Assembly (NCBI GenBank): GCA_963740355.1
Contig: CAVUDW010000003.1
Location: 1,536,001 to 1,600,000 of the forward strand
Source of the DNA: an uncultured Gemmatimonadaceae bacterium
GTDB lineage: Bacteria > Gemmatimonadota > Gemmatimonadetes > Gemmatimonadales > Gemmatimonadaceae
Length of the DNA: 64,000 nucleotides
Direction of reading: 5' to 3'
Part shown: one piece after another, positions 21,595 through 31,686 of the stretch
Numbering within the stretch: the first letter of the stretch is position 1
Layout: each line of letters starts with the position of its first letter
Translations under genes and position numbers: made by a program
The notes under the pieces: model-generated
Told to the model about the DNA's origin: nothing
What the model saw: the letters and a program-made list of their open reading frames with translations, nothing else
Database searches by the model: none

Positions 21595-22590
21595 CTACCG
21601 AGGCAGGCTCGCGATGAATGCAGCCATGTCATTCACGGAGGCCTGGCTGCCGACACGGCTGAACGCGTCGAGCGCATCCGAACCGATTCGTGCGGCTGCC
21701 GTCACGTCGCCGCGTCGCAACATGATGTGGGCGTGCGTCTGAAGGATCTGCGCCTCTTGCAAGAGATGCCCGTGATCACGCGCAAGCTGATACGCTTTCT
21801 CCAGCAGGGTGTCGGCCACGACGGGAATGCGGAGCCGGTCGCTGGCATCAGCCTGCACCCGCACCGCGTCTGCCTGCAGCAGGAAATCAGGCACGGTGCT
21901 GAACAGGGTGGCGGCACGCGATGCGTTGGCGCGCGCCCACAGGAAATCGCCACGGAGCAGCGAAATCTCCGCGCGCCCGACCTGTGCCATCGCAACCAGG
22001 CGCAGGTTGCCGGACTCGTTGGCGTACTCGCTCGCACGACGCTCCGCTTCGTCCGCGTCGTCGAGCTTTCCAAGCGAGCGATACGAGATCCCGAGGTTGT
22101 GCCAACTCTCAGCCAGCCCAAGTGTGTGGCCGAGCCGCTGATAGGCCGGAATGGCGAGTTGGTATGCCGCGATGGCCCCGGCCGTATTGCCGCGAAGCGC
22201 CTCGATGGCGCCAAGGTTGTTGATCGCGCGCGCGGTAAGCAATCCATCGCCATCTACGCGTGCCATGTCCAGCGCGGTCCCGAAACTCTCCGCCGCCGCG
22301 TCGAGCCGACCGAGGGAAAACGCTGCGGCTCCCTGCATGTTGATCGCGCGTCGCTCGGCGGGGCGATCTCCGACGCGCGACAGCAGCCCCGTCGCCGTGT
22401 CGAGCCACCGCCGCGCCGTACGCGCATCGCCCGTGCGAAGGTACGCCTCCGCCAGCAGGAGCGCGCTCGCCCCGTCGCGCCCTGCGACCTCGTCGGCGCC
22501 TGCGAGCTTGTCGCGCACCACACCCCACGCGCCGATACCGGCGGCGGCGCGAGCGGACGACAGCACAGAATCGACGGGTGGTCCTGACAT
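21595..22590 (-). CDS. TPR protein, module copy 2
   Basis: Collinear paralog of 17437-18432 (RRAINMQGAAAFSLG, AIAAYQLA.PAYQRLGH). Confidence 0.85.
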   Translation of the reverse strand: MSGPPVDSVLSSARAAAGIGAWGVVRDKLAGADEVAGRDGASALLLAEAYLRTGDARTARRWLDTATGLLSRVGDRPAERRAINMQGAAAFSLGRLDAAAESFGTALDMARVDGDGLLTARAINNLGAIEALRGNTAGAIAAYQLAIPAYQRLGHTLGLAESWHNLGISYRSLGKLDDADEAERRASEYANESGNLRLVAMAQVGRAEISLLRGDFLWARANASRAATLFSTVPDFLLQADAVRVQADASDRLRIPVVADTLLEKAYQLARDHGHLLQEAQILQTHAHIMLRRGDVTAAARIGSDALDAFSRVGSQASVNDMAAFIASLPR

Positions 22591-22597
22591 GATCGCG

Positions 22598-23233
22598 CTA
22601 GTAGGCGATCGCGTGGTTCGTGAACGACAGGATCTGCGCCTCGATCTCCCGCAGATCACCTGAAACTTCGGCGCGGCTCGAGAGTTTGACCCACGGCTGC
22701 CCCGCAAATTCCTGCTTCCAGATGGCGAAGTCCGCGATGCGCAGTGAATCGGCTTGCGTCACGGCGCCATCTCGGTTGTAGTCCTCGTCGCAGTTCTTGA
22801 AGTCGAGCCGCAACTCGGCCGGCTCGGCGGGATTGAACACCAAGCCACTCGGCAAGTACTCCGTGATCACGCGTGCGCTATCGCGCACCTTGATCGTGAT
22901 CCGAATGGAATCGCCGAACACGAATGGCGTCCCATCGGGACGGCGCAAGAGCGCGGCGCCGCCAACCTTGAAGCGCAGGAAGCGTACCGAGTCGCTCTTG
23001 CCCGCAGCGGGGCGGAAGTAGAGCGAGACCTCTCGATCCTTGCCACGGACTGCCCAGAAACTGACGCTGTCCTTGCTCAGGACGGCGCCAGGCGCAAAGC
23101 GGAGAAAGGAAAGTTGAGTTTCGGGACGCGTCGGCGATTCCAGACTCGGATCCACCGGAGCGCCATCGCTGGACGCACAGCCGAGCAGCAACAGCGCTGC
23201 CACCGTGCAAAGAAACTTTCGCTGGTCAAACAT
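22598..23233 (-). CDS. Lipoprotein B, copy 2
   Basis: Lipobox LLGC; DSVSFWAV; DYNRDGAVTQAD; ends SFTNHAIAY. Confidence 0.8.
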   Translation of the reverse strand: MFDQRKFLCTVAALLLLGCASSDGAPVDPSLESPTRPETQLSFLRFAPGAVLSKDSVSFWAVRGKDREVSLYFRPAAGKSDSVRFLRFKVGGAALLRRPDGTPFVFGDSIRITIKVRDSARVITEYLPSGLVFNPAEPAELRLDFKNCDEDYNRDGAVTQADSLRIADFAIWKQEFAGQPWVKLSSRAEVSGDLREIEAQILSFTNHAIAY

Positions 23234-23234
23234 T

Positions 23235-24617
23235 TCAGTACTCCTCACGGGAATCGTCGTTCGTTGCACCATCAACAGGCGCATCCACGAGTCGCTGCAG
23301 GCGCTGCCGACTGATGCCCAGTCGCCGCGCCGCCTCGCTCTTGTTTCCATTGCAACGCTCGATCATGGCCAGCCCTGCACTGCGCACCAGCACACCCAGT
23401 GTGGACGGCCAGTCCAATTCGCCCGCTTCCACGGCGCTGCGCTTCACGGCCAGGCGCGCGTCGTCAATCGCCACGTCCCCGGCCTCGATTACATCGCCAT
23501 TTGACACCAGCATCGCGCGCTCGATCACGTTACGGACCTCGCGCACGTTCCCGGGCCAGGTGCGCGAAGTCAGCGCGTGGATGGCCCCCTCGGACAACGT
23601 TGGTACCGGGGAGATGCCGTACTCCTTCGCAAATCGACGCACGAACGCACTCGCCAGCTCGATCACGTCCTCCATTCGCTCGCGCAGCGGCGGAAGGACG
23701 ATGGGCATTACGTTCAAGCGATACCACAAGTCTTCACGGAACTCGCCGCGCGCCACCGCGCTATGCAAGTCGACATGCGTGGCAGCAATGATCCGCACGT
23801 CGAAGCCGATGCTTCGTGTGCCGCCCACGCGCCGCAGCGTACGCTCTTCCAGCACACGCAAAAGCTTGCCCTGCAAGACGAGTGGGAGGTGCCCGATTTC
23901 GTCCAGAAACAGTGTGCCGCCGTCGGCCAGCTCGAAGAGACCTGGCTTGGCCGTGCGGGCATCGGTGAATGCACCGGCCTCATGGCCGAACAGTTCACTC
24001 TCGAGCAGCGTCTCCGGAATCGCAGTGCAATTCACCTCGACGAACGGTTGGGTGGCGCGTGGCCCATTGTAGTGAATGGCACGCGCGAATAGCTCCTTGC
24101 CCGTACCCGTTTCCCCGGTCAGCAGTACGGTGACATTCTGCCGCGGAATCACGCGACTGGCGACGGCCATCACGTTCCGCAACGCCGCACTCGAGCCGAG
24201 GATGCCGTCGAAGGTGTACTTGCGCCCTTCTCGCGCAGCAAACGCCGAGCCGGCGAGCGCCTCGGACTGCTGACGCGCGGCGTCATCGATCCAGCTCCGC
24301 AGGGGCTCGAGGTCGCCAGGCAGCGCAAAATACTCCTTCGCTCCCGAGCGCAGCGCACGCACCGCCACGCGATAGTCGATCGTACCGCCAACCATTGCGG
24401 CAGTGCCGAGCGACGTCTGCCGGCCCACCGAGGCGATTGCCTCCATTTCCACACCACCCGCGGCGTGCACTGTGATCGTATCCCGCCTCGCCGCATGCAA
24501 TTCCAGCAGCTCCGGCGACGCCTGCGCCATCTCGAGCGACAGGCCAGACGCTGTGGCCAATTCGGGCCACAGCGCCTCAAACGAGTTTGACCACTGAAAG
24601 ACAACGAGCGATGTCAC
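23235..24617 (-). CDS. Sigma-54 enhancer-binding protein with degenerate receiver, copy 2
   Basis: Same AAA+, GAFTDA and HTH motifs as copy 1; GTG start inferred from alignment with copy 1. Confidence 0.95.
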   Translation of the reverse strand: MTSLVVFQWSNSFEALWPELATASGLSLEMAQASPELLELHAARRDTITVHAAGGVEMEAIASVGRQTSLGTAAMVGGTIDYRVAVRALRSGAKEYFALPGDLEPLRSWIDDAARQQSEALAGSAFAAREGRKYTFDGILGSSAALRNVMAVASRVIPRQNVTVLLTGETGTGKELFARAIHYNGPRATQPFVEVNCTAIPETLLESELFGHEAGAFTDARTAKPGLFELADGGTLFLDEIGHLPLVLQGKLLRVLEERTLRRVGGTRSIGFDVRIIAATHVDLHSAVARGEFREDLWYRLNVMPIVLPPLRERMEDVIELASAFVRRFAKEYGISPVPTLSEGAIHALTSRTWPGNVREVRNVIERAMLVSNGDVIEAGDVAIDDARLAVKRSAVEAGELDWPSTLGVLVRSAGLAMIERCNGNKSEAARRLGISRQRLQRLVDAPVDGATNDDSREEY

Positions 24618-24683
24618 GTGATGGCTGAACGTCTGACGGTTGCACCGGGTGCAGCGCGAGATCGCGGCACCCGGTGCACGCAA

Positions 24684-25508
24684 TCAAGGCTGTCCCTGTC
24701 GGCTACGCTCGCGACCGCGACCTGAGTCTTCCTTTCCGTCGCGGTTCCGATCGCCGAAGGCATCGAAAGATGTCACGATGTTCTGCTCGATGCGTGATTG
24801 GTTCTCAACCGTCGGTGCGAGCAATCCGCCGGTCTCGCCCCGGAACCAGCGGCCGAGATCGAGCGACACCGTGATGTTGTCGTTGACACCTGCCTCGACC
24901 AACAGCGCAGGCTCAAACTCGAACTCCACTTCCGCCTCGACGTGACTGACGAAGGTGAACGGCACGCCACGATACGTCCCCGTGACGCGAACCGTCACGT
25001 CACGGAACTCGGGGTGCTGCGCCACGAACAGGCTCTCGGCAGCCGACGCACTGCTCCCGGTGCGCACTTTGTCGAGCTCGAACTCGATCTCACGATACGA
25101 TCCTGCGGGGATCGCGACTGCCAGCTTCGACGCGCCAGTGCTGTCGAGCGGCACGTCGAGCAGCATGGGGCCGAGATCGAGGCGAGAGCAGCCGCGTTCA
25201 TCGGAGCTCCGCTCACGATTGGGGCTGACGGGAATGCTGTCCGGGCACGCCGCGACGTCCGCGCGGCGGAGTTCAACGTTGCCCAGAACCAGTTGGACGG
25301 TGGAGATCTTCAGCGTATCACCCGCAGCGCCGACCAGGATTGACTGTCCTGCCGCGTTGGTCGCCAGCGCACCCGTGCTGGCAAATGAGACAGAGAGACT
25401 GGTGGCACCACCACCAGAAGCGAGCGGATCCGTGCCGCACGCTGCCAGGGTTGAGAGGAGCGTGACCGGCATCCAGACGCGGCGTCGCGAGAGGGAGCGG
25501 ATGTTCAT
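24684..25508 (-). CDS. Lipoprotein A, copy 2
   Basis: Lipobox LAAC; CSRLDLGPMLLD; ends AFGDRNRDGKED. Confidence 0.8.
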   Translation of the reverse strand: MNIRSLSRRRVWMPVTLLSTLAACGTDPLASGGGATSLSVSFASTGALATNAAGQSILVGAAGDTLKISTVQLVLGNVELRRADVAACPDSIPVSPNRERSSDERGCSRLDLGPMLLDVPLDSTGASKLAVAIPAGSYREIEFELDKVRTGSSASAAESLFVAQHPEFRDVTVRVTGTYRGVPFTFVSHVEAEVEFEFEPALLVEAGVNDNITVSLDLGRWFRGETGGLLAPTVENQSRIEQNIVTSFDAFGDRNRDGKEDSGRGRERSRQGQP

Positions 25509-25567
25509 TTGAAAGCCTCGACAGTAGAAGTTTGCCGACACCAGATTCGATGTCACTGTAGAGCTAG

Positions 25568-25582
25568 GCAACTGAAATGCCA
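25568..25582 (-). promoter_or_regulatory. Sigma-54 -24/-12 promoter, copy 2
   Basis: TGGCATTTCAGTTGC, close to consensus TGGCACN5TTGC. Confidence 0.8.
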
Positions 25583-25605
25583 CGGCAATTCGACTCGAGG
25601 CCAGC

Positions 25606-25634
25606 AATCAAGTCGTTGCGCCACAACGTTTTAC
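25606..25634. promoter_or_regulatory. IHF-like site(s)
   Basis: AATCAAGTCGTTG matches WATCAANNNNTTR; inverted partner CAACGTTTTAC at 25624. Confidence 0.6.
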
Positions 25635-25687
25635 GCGAATGCGACGCTCGCCGGCCATTGCCTGAGGTTGTTGCGAAATCATACGGC

Positions 25688-25704
25688 TGTACCATTTTGG
25701 TACA
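25688..25704. promoter_or_regulatory. Putative enhancer (UAS) palindrome, copy 2
   Basis: Perfect TGTACCA-ttt-TGGTACA, 106 bp from the promoter edge. Confidence 0.7.
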
Positions 25705-25890
25705 ACCGCATTGGATCGGCCGGTTTCGGCAAGCACTCGAAAACAGTCGCGCCACTCCCCGTTCGCGCGTCACCGATCTCTCGTCCAGAGCCCCCGATCT
25801 CAGGGATGCCCGAGACCGGGTGGAGGGCGCGGATGACGTACATTTCCGCCGCGCGAGCCCGCGCCTCCTCCTGACCGACTTCCAGAGATC

Positions 25891-26820
25891 ATGACCGCTT
25901 CGTCCACGTTCACGGTGGGCCTCGTCCAGATGGCCGTCACCGGCGACCGTGCCACCACGGTGACCGCCGCGATCGAGAAGATCCGCGAGGCGGCCGCCCG
26001 TGGCGCACAGATCATCTCCCTGCAGGAGCTGTTCAACGCTCCGTACTTCTGCAAATCCCTGAAGCTGGAACGCTTCGACATCGCGGAGCCCATTCCCGGG
26101 CCGACCGTCGAACTGTTGCAGGGCGTCGCGCAGGAACTCGGCGTGGTGCTGGTGGTGCCGATCTACGAGAAGCAGGCACCGGGTCTGTACAAGAACTCCG
26201 CCGCCGTCATCGACGCCGACGGTGCGCTGCTTGGCACGTATCGCAAGATGCACATCCCGCACGACCCGATGTTCGAGGAGAAGTACTACTTCACCCCCGG
26301 CGACGTCGGCCCCGATCTGCGCACGGATAAGCATCCGGGCGTGAATGGGTTCCGCGTCTGGCAAACGAAATTTGCGAAGATCGGTGTGCTCATCTGCTGG
26401 GATCAGTGGTATCCGGAAGCCGCTCGCATCACCGCCATGCTCGGTGCCGAGGTGTTGTTCTATCCCACCGCGATCGGTTGGCACCCCGCCGAGAAGGCGA
26501 CGTTCGGTGCGGCGCAGGTCGATGCGTGGCGCACGGCACAGCGGGCGCACGCGATCGCGAACGGTGTGTTCGTGGCGGCCGCCAATCGTGTCGGATTCGA
26601 GCCCGAGCCCGGCACGGATGGCCTCGAGTTCTTCGGCAACTCGTTCATCTGCGATCCCATCGGTCGCTACCTGACGCAGGCGGGCACCGATCCCGAAGTG
26701 CTCATCGCGACCTGTGATCGTGCCCTGATCGAGGACACCCGTCGCAACTGGCCGTTCCTTCGTGATCGCCGCATCGATGCCTACGCACCCATCACCCAGC
26801 GGTGGCTCGGTGGCGCCTGA
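25891..26820 (+). CDS. aguB: N-carbamoylputrescine amidase (CN hydrolase)
   Basis: LQELF, YRKMHIP, EKYYFTPGD, ICWDQWYPEAAR, YPTAIGW; adjacent to agmatine deiminase. Confidence 0.9.
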   Translation: MTASSTFTVGLVQMAVTGDRATTVTAAIEKIREAAARGAQIISLQELFNAPYFCKSLKLERFDIAEPIPGPTVELLQGVAQELGVVLVVPIYEKQAPGLYKNSAAVIDADGALLGTYRKMHIPHDPMFEEKYYFTPGDVGPDLRTDKHPGVNGFRVWQTKFAKIGVLICWDQWYPEAARITAMLGAEVLFYPTAIGWHPAEKATFGAAQVDAWRTAQRAHAIANGVFVAAANRVGFEPEPGTDGLEFFGNSFICDPIGRYLTQAGTDPEVLIATCDRALIEDTRRNWPFLRDRRIDAYAPITQRWLGGA

Positions 26821-26830
26821 TCACGGACGG

Positions 26831-27913
26831 ATGCCACACGTGACACCGCTCACGTCGCCCACACGTCGCATGCCGGCGGAATGGGAGCAGCACGCGGCGA
26901 CCTGGCTGGCGTGGCCGGTGCACGAACCCGACTGGCCCGGCAAGTTCGCGCCGATCCCCTGGGTGTATGCGGAGATCGTCCGTGTGCTGGCGCAATACGA
27001 GCGAGTGGATGTGCTCTGCAACGACGCGCATGTCCGAGAACAGGCGCGCGAGATGCTGGCCGCACATTCCGTCAATCTCGACAATGTGCGACTCCATGTC
27101 GCACGCACCGATCGCGTCTGGGTTCGCGATTCGGGGCCCACCGGTGTGCACCGACCCGACGGTTCGGTGGAGCTGGTGCAATGGGGCTTCAACGCGTGGG
27201 CGAAATACGAGAACTATCTGCACGACACGCAGGTGCCGGAGCATGTGGCAGAGTTCACCGGCCTGCCGATCACGCGGGCACAGCGCGCCGATGGCAACGG
27301 GGCGCTCGTCCTCGAGGGTGGTGGCATCGAGGTGAACGGCCGCGGGCGCATTCTCGTCACCGAGGAATGGCTGCTGACGGACCTCCAGGTACGCAATCCT
27401 GGGTTCGGGCGCGCCGACTACGAGCGTGCGTTTGCGGAATGGCTTGGCTGTCCCGAAACGATCTGGCTCGGTGAAGGCTGCGTTGGAGACGACACACACG
27501 GCCACGTTGACGACATTGCGCGCTTCACCAGCGGCGACACCGTGCTGCTGGCCGTCGAGCGCGATCCAATGGACGACGAAAACCATCGCCGATCCATCGA
27601 CAACCTGCATCGCTTGCAGCGGGTGGGCGGCGCTGCGGGGCCGCTCCGGGTGATCGAGCTGCCATACCCGCGAGCGGTGATGATGGACGGCGTGCGCTTG
27701 CCAGCGAGTTACGCAAATTTCTACGTCGCCAACGGCGTGGTGATCGTTCCGACGTTCAACGATCCGAACGATCGCGTGGCCATGAACATCATCGCCGACT
27801 GCTTCCCGGGTCGCGCCATCGTCGGCATTCACGCCGTCGACCTGGTGTGGGGTCTGGGCACACTGCACTGCCTCACACAGCAGCAACCAGCGGCGCGCAA
27901 CTCGCACCGCTGA
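26831..27913 (+). CDS. aguA: Agmatine deiminase
   Basis: MPAEWE, WVRDSGP, LEGGGI, DDTHGHVDD, ASYANF, GTLHCLTQQQP. Confidence 0.93.
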   Translation: MPHVTPLTSPTRRMPAEWEQHAATWLAWPVHEPDWPGKFAPIPWVYAEIVRVLAQYERVDVLCNDAHVREQAREMLAAHSVNLDNVRLHVARTDRVWVRDSGPTGVHRPDGSVELVQWGFNAWAKYENYLHDTQVPEHVAEFTGLPITRAQRADGNGALVLEGGGIEVNGRGRILVTEEWLLTDLQVRNPGFGRADYERAFAEWLGCPETIWLGEGCVGDDTHGHVDDIARFTSGDTVLLAVERDPMDDENHRRSIDNLHRLQRVGGAAGPLRVIELPYPRAVMMDGVRLPASYANFYVANGVVIVPTFNDPNDRVAMNIIADCFPGRAIVGIHAVDLVWGLGTLHCLTQQQPAARNSHR

Positions 27914-27937
27914 TTGGAGCACCGGCCCCGCCCGTCG

Positions 27938-28462
27938 TCACTCCGGCGGGCGCGGACCGAACGGCTTCTTGACCGGGATCGAATCCAGCGGCGGGACAGT
28001 GGCCCGATCGAGCAGTGGATTCTTGTGGGCAATGAAGCCGGCTTCGTAGGCTGTCTTCACCGTGGCAGCCGACGCCGCGAGCGCCGTCACGACAACCGCG
28101 CCACGCAGCCACGATGGCACGACGGGCAGCTCGCCCGCAGGGCCCTTCGACGCCCGCCACAACGCGTAGGCCGCCACACCACCCGCCAGCAGCACGACGT
28201 AGAGCGCCTTCTCGGCCGCTTCCTCGTGTTCCTCGATGGCGTCGTGCTGCACGTACCATCGCTGCATGTCCTGATGCTCGGCGTTGCCACCGGTCCACTG
28301 CACCGGGTAGAACGAAATCCCGGCTACGACCAACGCCGCCGTCCCGAGCTGCCAGATCCAACGGCGCCGGATGAACGTGGCCAGAATGACGAACAGGGTT
28401 CCGAGCAGGCCGGCGAGGATCGGCACGTGGTTGATCATCAGGTGGATCGAAAGTGCGTCCAT
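27938..28462 (-). CDS. Membrane protein (DUF2231-like)
   Basis: HLMINHVPI, about 4 TM helices, IEEHEEAA, GFIAH; GGAG upstream. Confidence 0.7.
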   Translation of the reverse strand: MDALSIHLMINHVPILAGLLGTLFVILATFIRRRWIWQLGTAALVVAGISFYPVQWTGGNAEHQDMQRWYVQHDAIEEHEEAAEKALYVVLLAGGVAAYALWRASKGPAGELPVVPSWLRGAVVVTALAASAATVKTAYEAGFIAHKNPLLDRATVPPLDSIPVKKPFGPRPPE

Positions 28463-28603
28463 TGGTCGGGGCTGGGGTGACGAAGGAGGAACTCTCTGCA
28501 GGATGGCCACCCACGTGTGAGTAGACAACCTCAACCGTGACGTCTGTATGGATGGGTTCGTCTGAGCCTTGCCAGCCTCATCCCCACCGCCCCGCCCCCT
28601 CGC

Positions 28604-29701
28604 ATGGTCTCCGTCCCGGTCCGCCGTCTGAGCGCCCTGCTCTGCTGCCTCGCGCTGCCGGCTTGCGAGCGGTCGTCGCTGATCCGCAGCGGCAACCTGC
28701 AGCTCGGGGCCGCCGGCGCCTGGGAAACAGCCTACGGCGAGATGGCCCATCGCGGCATCGAGCTGGCGGTGGAAGAGCTGAACAAGCAGGGTGGCCTCGA
28801 CGGTCGGCCCGTCAACGTGACATTTCGCGACGATCAGGCCGATGGTGGCATGGCGGCCGACATCGCCCGTGAATTCGTGGATGACCCGAAGATCGTTGGT
28901 GTGATCGGCCATCTCAGTTCCACAGCGATGGTGGCGGCGGCGCGCGTGTACGATGGCGCCCTGCCTGCCGTTTCTCCGTCCACCACTTCGCCCGACCTGA
29001 GCGGTGTGTCACGCTGGCTCTTCCGCCTCAATCCGAGTGACTCGGTCACCGGCCGCAAGCTGGGCGAAATGGCGCGCACGCAGTTCGGCAAGCATCGCGT
29101 AGCAGTGATCTACGACAACACCTCGTACGGGCGTGGCCTCGTCGAGCCATTCCTCGCTGGACTCGGCCAGACGCCCGTCGCACTCGAACCGATCGATCCA
29201 TCGGGCGACAGCATCGCCGTCAACGTGGCGGCCATCGCACGCGAAAAGCCCGACCTGATCTTCGCCGTCGGCACCGTCTCTGGTCCACCGGTCCTGAAGG
29301 CCCTTCGTGCTCAGGGCATCACCGTGCCGGTAATCGCTGGCGACGGATGGAGCGGCATCGAAAATGGCATGGAAGTCCACGACGTAATGATCGCGCTCCC
29401 CTTCAGCAGCACCGAGGAGCGCACCGACGCAAAGCGATTCGTGGCGGCGTTTCGTGCGCGCTACAAGGTCGATCCGGATGCCTATGCGGCGCTCTCGTAC
29501 GACGCGACGATCGCACTGGCGCGTGCAGCCGCTCGCGGCGGCACACGCGCCGGCACCCGCGAGGCACTCGCGACGATGCGCGACACGCAGGGCTACGCGA
29601 CCGGCGCCGTTCGCTTCTCGAAGACCGGCGACCCGATCGGGCGCAGCATGCACCTGCTGCGCATCGATGGTGCGACACGATCATTCGGAGTGATGCAGTG
29701 A
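28604..29701 (+). CDS. LivJ-type periplasmic ligand-binding lipoprotein
   Basis: Lipobox [35 protein letters not shown]. Confidence 0.9.
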   Translation: MVSVPVRRLSALLCCLALPACERSSLIRSGNLQLGAAGAWETAYGEMAHRGIELAVEELNKQGGLDGRPVNVTFRDDQADGGMAADIAREFVDDPKIVGVIGHLSSTAMVAAARVYDGALPAVSPSTTSPDLSGVSRWLFRLNPSDSVTGRKLGEMARTQFGKHRVAVIYDNTSYGRGLVEPFLAGLGQTPVALEPIDPSGDSIAVNVAAIAREKPDLIFAVGTVSGPPVLKALRAQGITVPVIAGDGWSGIENGMEVHDVMIALPFSSTEERTDAKRFVAAFRARYKVDPDAYAALSYDATIALARAAARGGTRAGTREALATMRDTQGYATGAVRFSKTGDPIGRSMHLLRIDGATRSFGVMQ

Positions 29702-31590
29702 CCGAGACAGTGCAGCAGGTCTTCACCGCGAAGACGATCGGCGGACGGCTCCTGCGCGCATTCCTGGTGCTCGCGGTGTTGCTCTCCGGCGCAGGTGTCC
29801 TGGCCTACAACTCGCTTCATTCATCGGCCGCCACAGCCACCGATGCGCTGGAAGTGATCCGTCGCGACGCCCGACTGTCATCGTCATTGTCGGCCACTGT
29901 GGCCGAGGAAATTCAAGCGGCGAGTCACTACCTGCGCGATGGTGACGCTGCCGCGCTGGAGACGTTCCGGCGCCTGATGTTCGAGACTCATCGCATCACG
30001 CGTGCCATGAATCGCCAGGCGACGCGCGAGTCGGATCACATCGCGCTGGTGGCACAGGTGGACCGTGCGCTGTCGAGTGTCGAGGTCACTTACGCCCGCG
30101 CGCACCGGCACCTCGAGATGGGCGACACAGTCGCCGCACGCCGCGAAGAAGCTGCCGTCTCACCGGCGGTGCGCCAGTTGCTCGGCGGAATCGACCGACT
30201 TGGTTCACTGACGGAACGACAGGTCACGCTGGTTGCTGCAGAGATGCGCAGCGAGGCAGAGACGCGCGCCCTCGCGGTGCTGCTGGTGTTCGGCGGTGTG
30301 TTGATCGTTGGCACGTTGCTCGTCGGCGCCACGCTCCGCTCTATCAACGAGCCGTTGCACCAGCTGGTGGAACATGCCGATGCGCTCAGTCGTGGTGCCT
30401 TTGAAGCGCGTACCAGCGGTCGCATGCCCGGCGAGTTCGAGAAGATCGCGGCCGCGCTCAATGAGGCGGGCGCCTCGCTCGGCATCCTGCACACCGCCAC
30501 CGCGGCCACCGCCTCGGAGCTGGCAGGTTCGTCAAGCGAGCTGTCGCAGGTCAGCGATCGAATTGCGCACAAGGCAACCGAGGTCTCGCACGTGATGGAA
30601 AATGTCACGCGCGGCGCCGAGAACCAGGTTGGCATGCTGAAGAAGATCGACGCCGAGTTGGCCGCGAACGGTGAACGTGCGCTCGAGGTCCGTCAGGAGG
30701 CCGGTTCTGTTGCGGCACTCGCCGAGTCGATCGAGCGGGAGGCGATGGAGAAGCGCCAGACGATCGGGCAGGCGATGGCGGTGATGCTGGAGATCCGCAC
30801 GTCGGTGCAAACGGCCAGTCGCACGGCGGAATCGCTGCACGGCGTCACCGAAGGCATCGCGCAGTTCGTGACGTCGGTGGGCCGCATTGCCGAGCAGACC
30901 AACATGCTGGCCCTCAACGCCGCGATCGAGGCCGCACGTGCCGGCGATGCTGGGCGCGGGTTCGTGGTGGTGGCTGATGAGGTACGCAAGCTGGCCGAAG
31001 CCGCGCAGCGCGCAGCCGATGATGTCGCACGCCTCACCAACGCGATCACGGGACGCGTCAACGAGACCGTCAGCACCATGCAGCGCAGCGCTGGGCTGGT
31101 GGGTGAGATCGAGACCGTCGGTCGTGACGTGGGGACAGCACTCGAGAGCATCACTGCGTCGGCGGAACGGACGGTGGCGGCGGCCGCCAACCTGAGCCAG
31201 ATCGCCGCGCTCAACTCGACGCAGATGGCAAGCGTCCAGCAGTCACTGGGCGTCGTGGCAGCGGATGCCGTCGGCCATGCCACCAGCGCGCAGAAGGCCA
31301 ACGCGTCGGCGCAGGAACAGAGCGCTGCCTGTCAGCAGATGAGCGCGGCATCGCAGGTCCTGCATGGCCGCAGCAACCGGCTGCGTGCCCTGGTCGAGTC
31401 GCGCGGCGCCGTGAATACCACGCCTGGGCACACCGCAGAATTCATGACGACGAAGAAGCTCGAAGTGATGTCGTCTCCGCGGGAGGGTGGTACACCCACA
31501 CGCGTGACAGCGGTCACGCCGCTCAACAACCGCGTGTTGAACCGTGCACCGCAGACCAAGCAAGGGCCACCGGGCAAGCGGCACGCCTGA
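29698..31590 (+). CDS. Methyl-accepting chemotaxis protein
   Basis: 2 [46 protein letters not shown] overlaps the upstream stop. Confidence 0.95.
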   Translation: MTETVQQVFTAKTIGGRLLRAFLVLAVLLSGAGVLAYNSLHSSAATATDALEVIRRDARLSSSLSATVAEEIQAASHYLRDGDAAALETFRRLMFETHRITRAMNRQATRESDHIALVAQVDRALSSVEVTYARAHRHLEMGDTVAARREEAAVSPAVRQLLGGIDRLGSLTERQVTLVAAEMRSEAETRALAVLLVFGGVLIVGTLLVGATLRSINEPLHQLVEHADALSRGAFEARTSGRMPGEFEKIAAALNEAGASLGILHTATAATASELAGSSSELSQVSDRIAHKATEVSHVMENVTRGAENQVGMLKKIDAELAANGERALEVRQEAGSVAALAESIEREAMEKRQTIGQAMAVMLEIRTSVQTASRTAESLHGVTEGIAQFVTSVGRIAEQTNMLALNAAIEAARAGDAGRGFVVVADEVRKLAEAAQRAADDVARLTNAITGRVNETVSTMQRSAGLVGEIETVGRDVGTALESITASAERTVAAAANLSQIAALNSTQMASVQQSLGVVAADAVGHATSAQKANASAQEQSAACQQMSAASQVLHGRSNRLRALVESRGAVNTTPGHTAEFMTTKKLEVMSSPREGGTPTRVTAVTPLNNRVLNRAPQTKQGPPGKRHA

Positions 31591-31686
31591 GGCTCGACGG
31601 TCGGAGATTCTGCATCACCACAACCAAAGCGAGGGCCATCCGACACTGTCCGGATGGCCCTCGCTTCGTTCGTCACCGCCGTGGCG

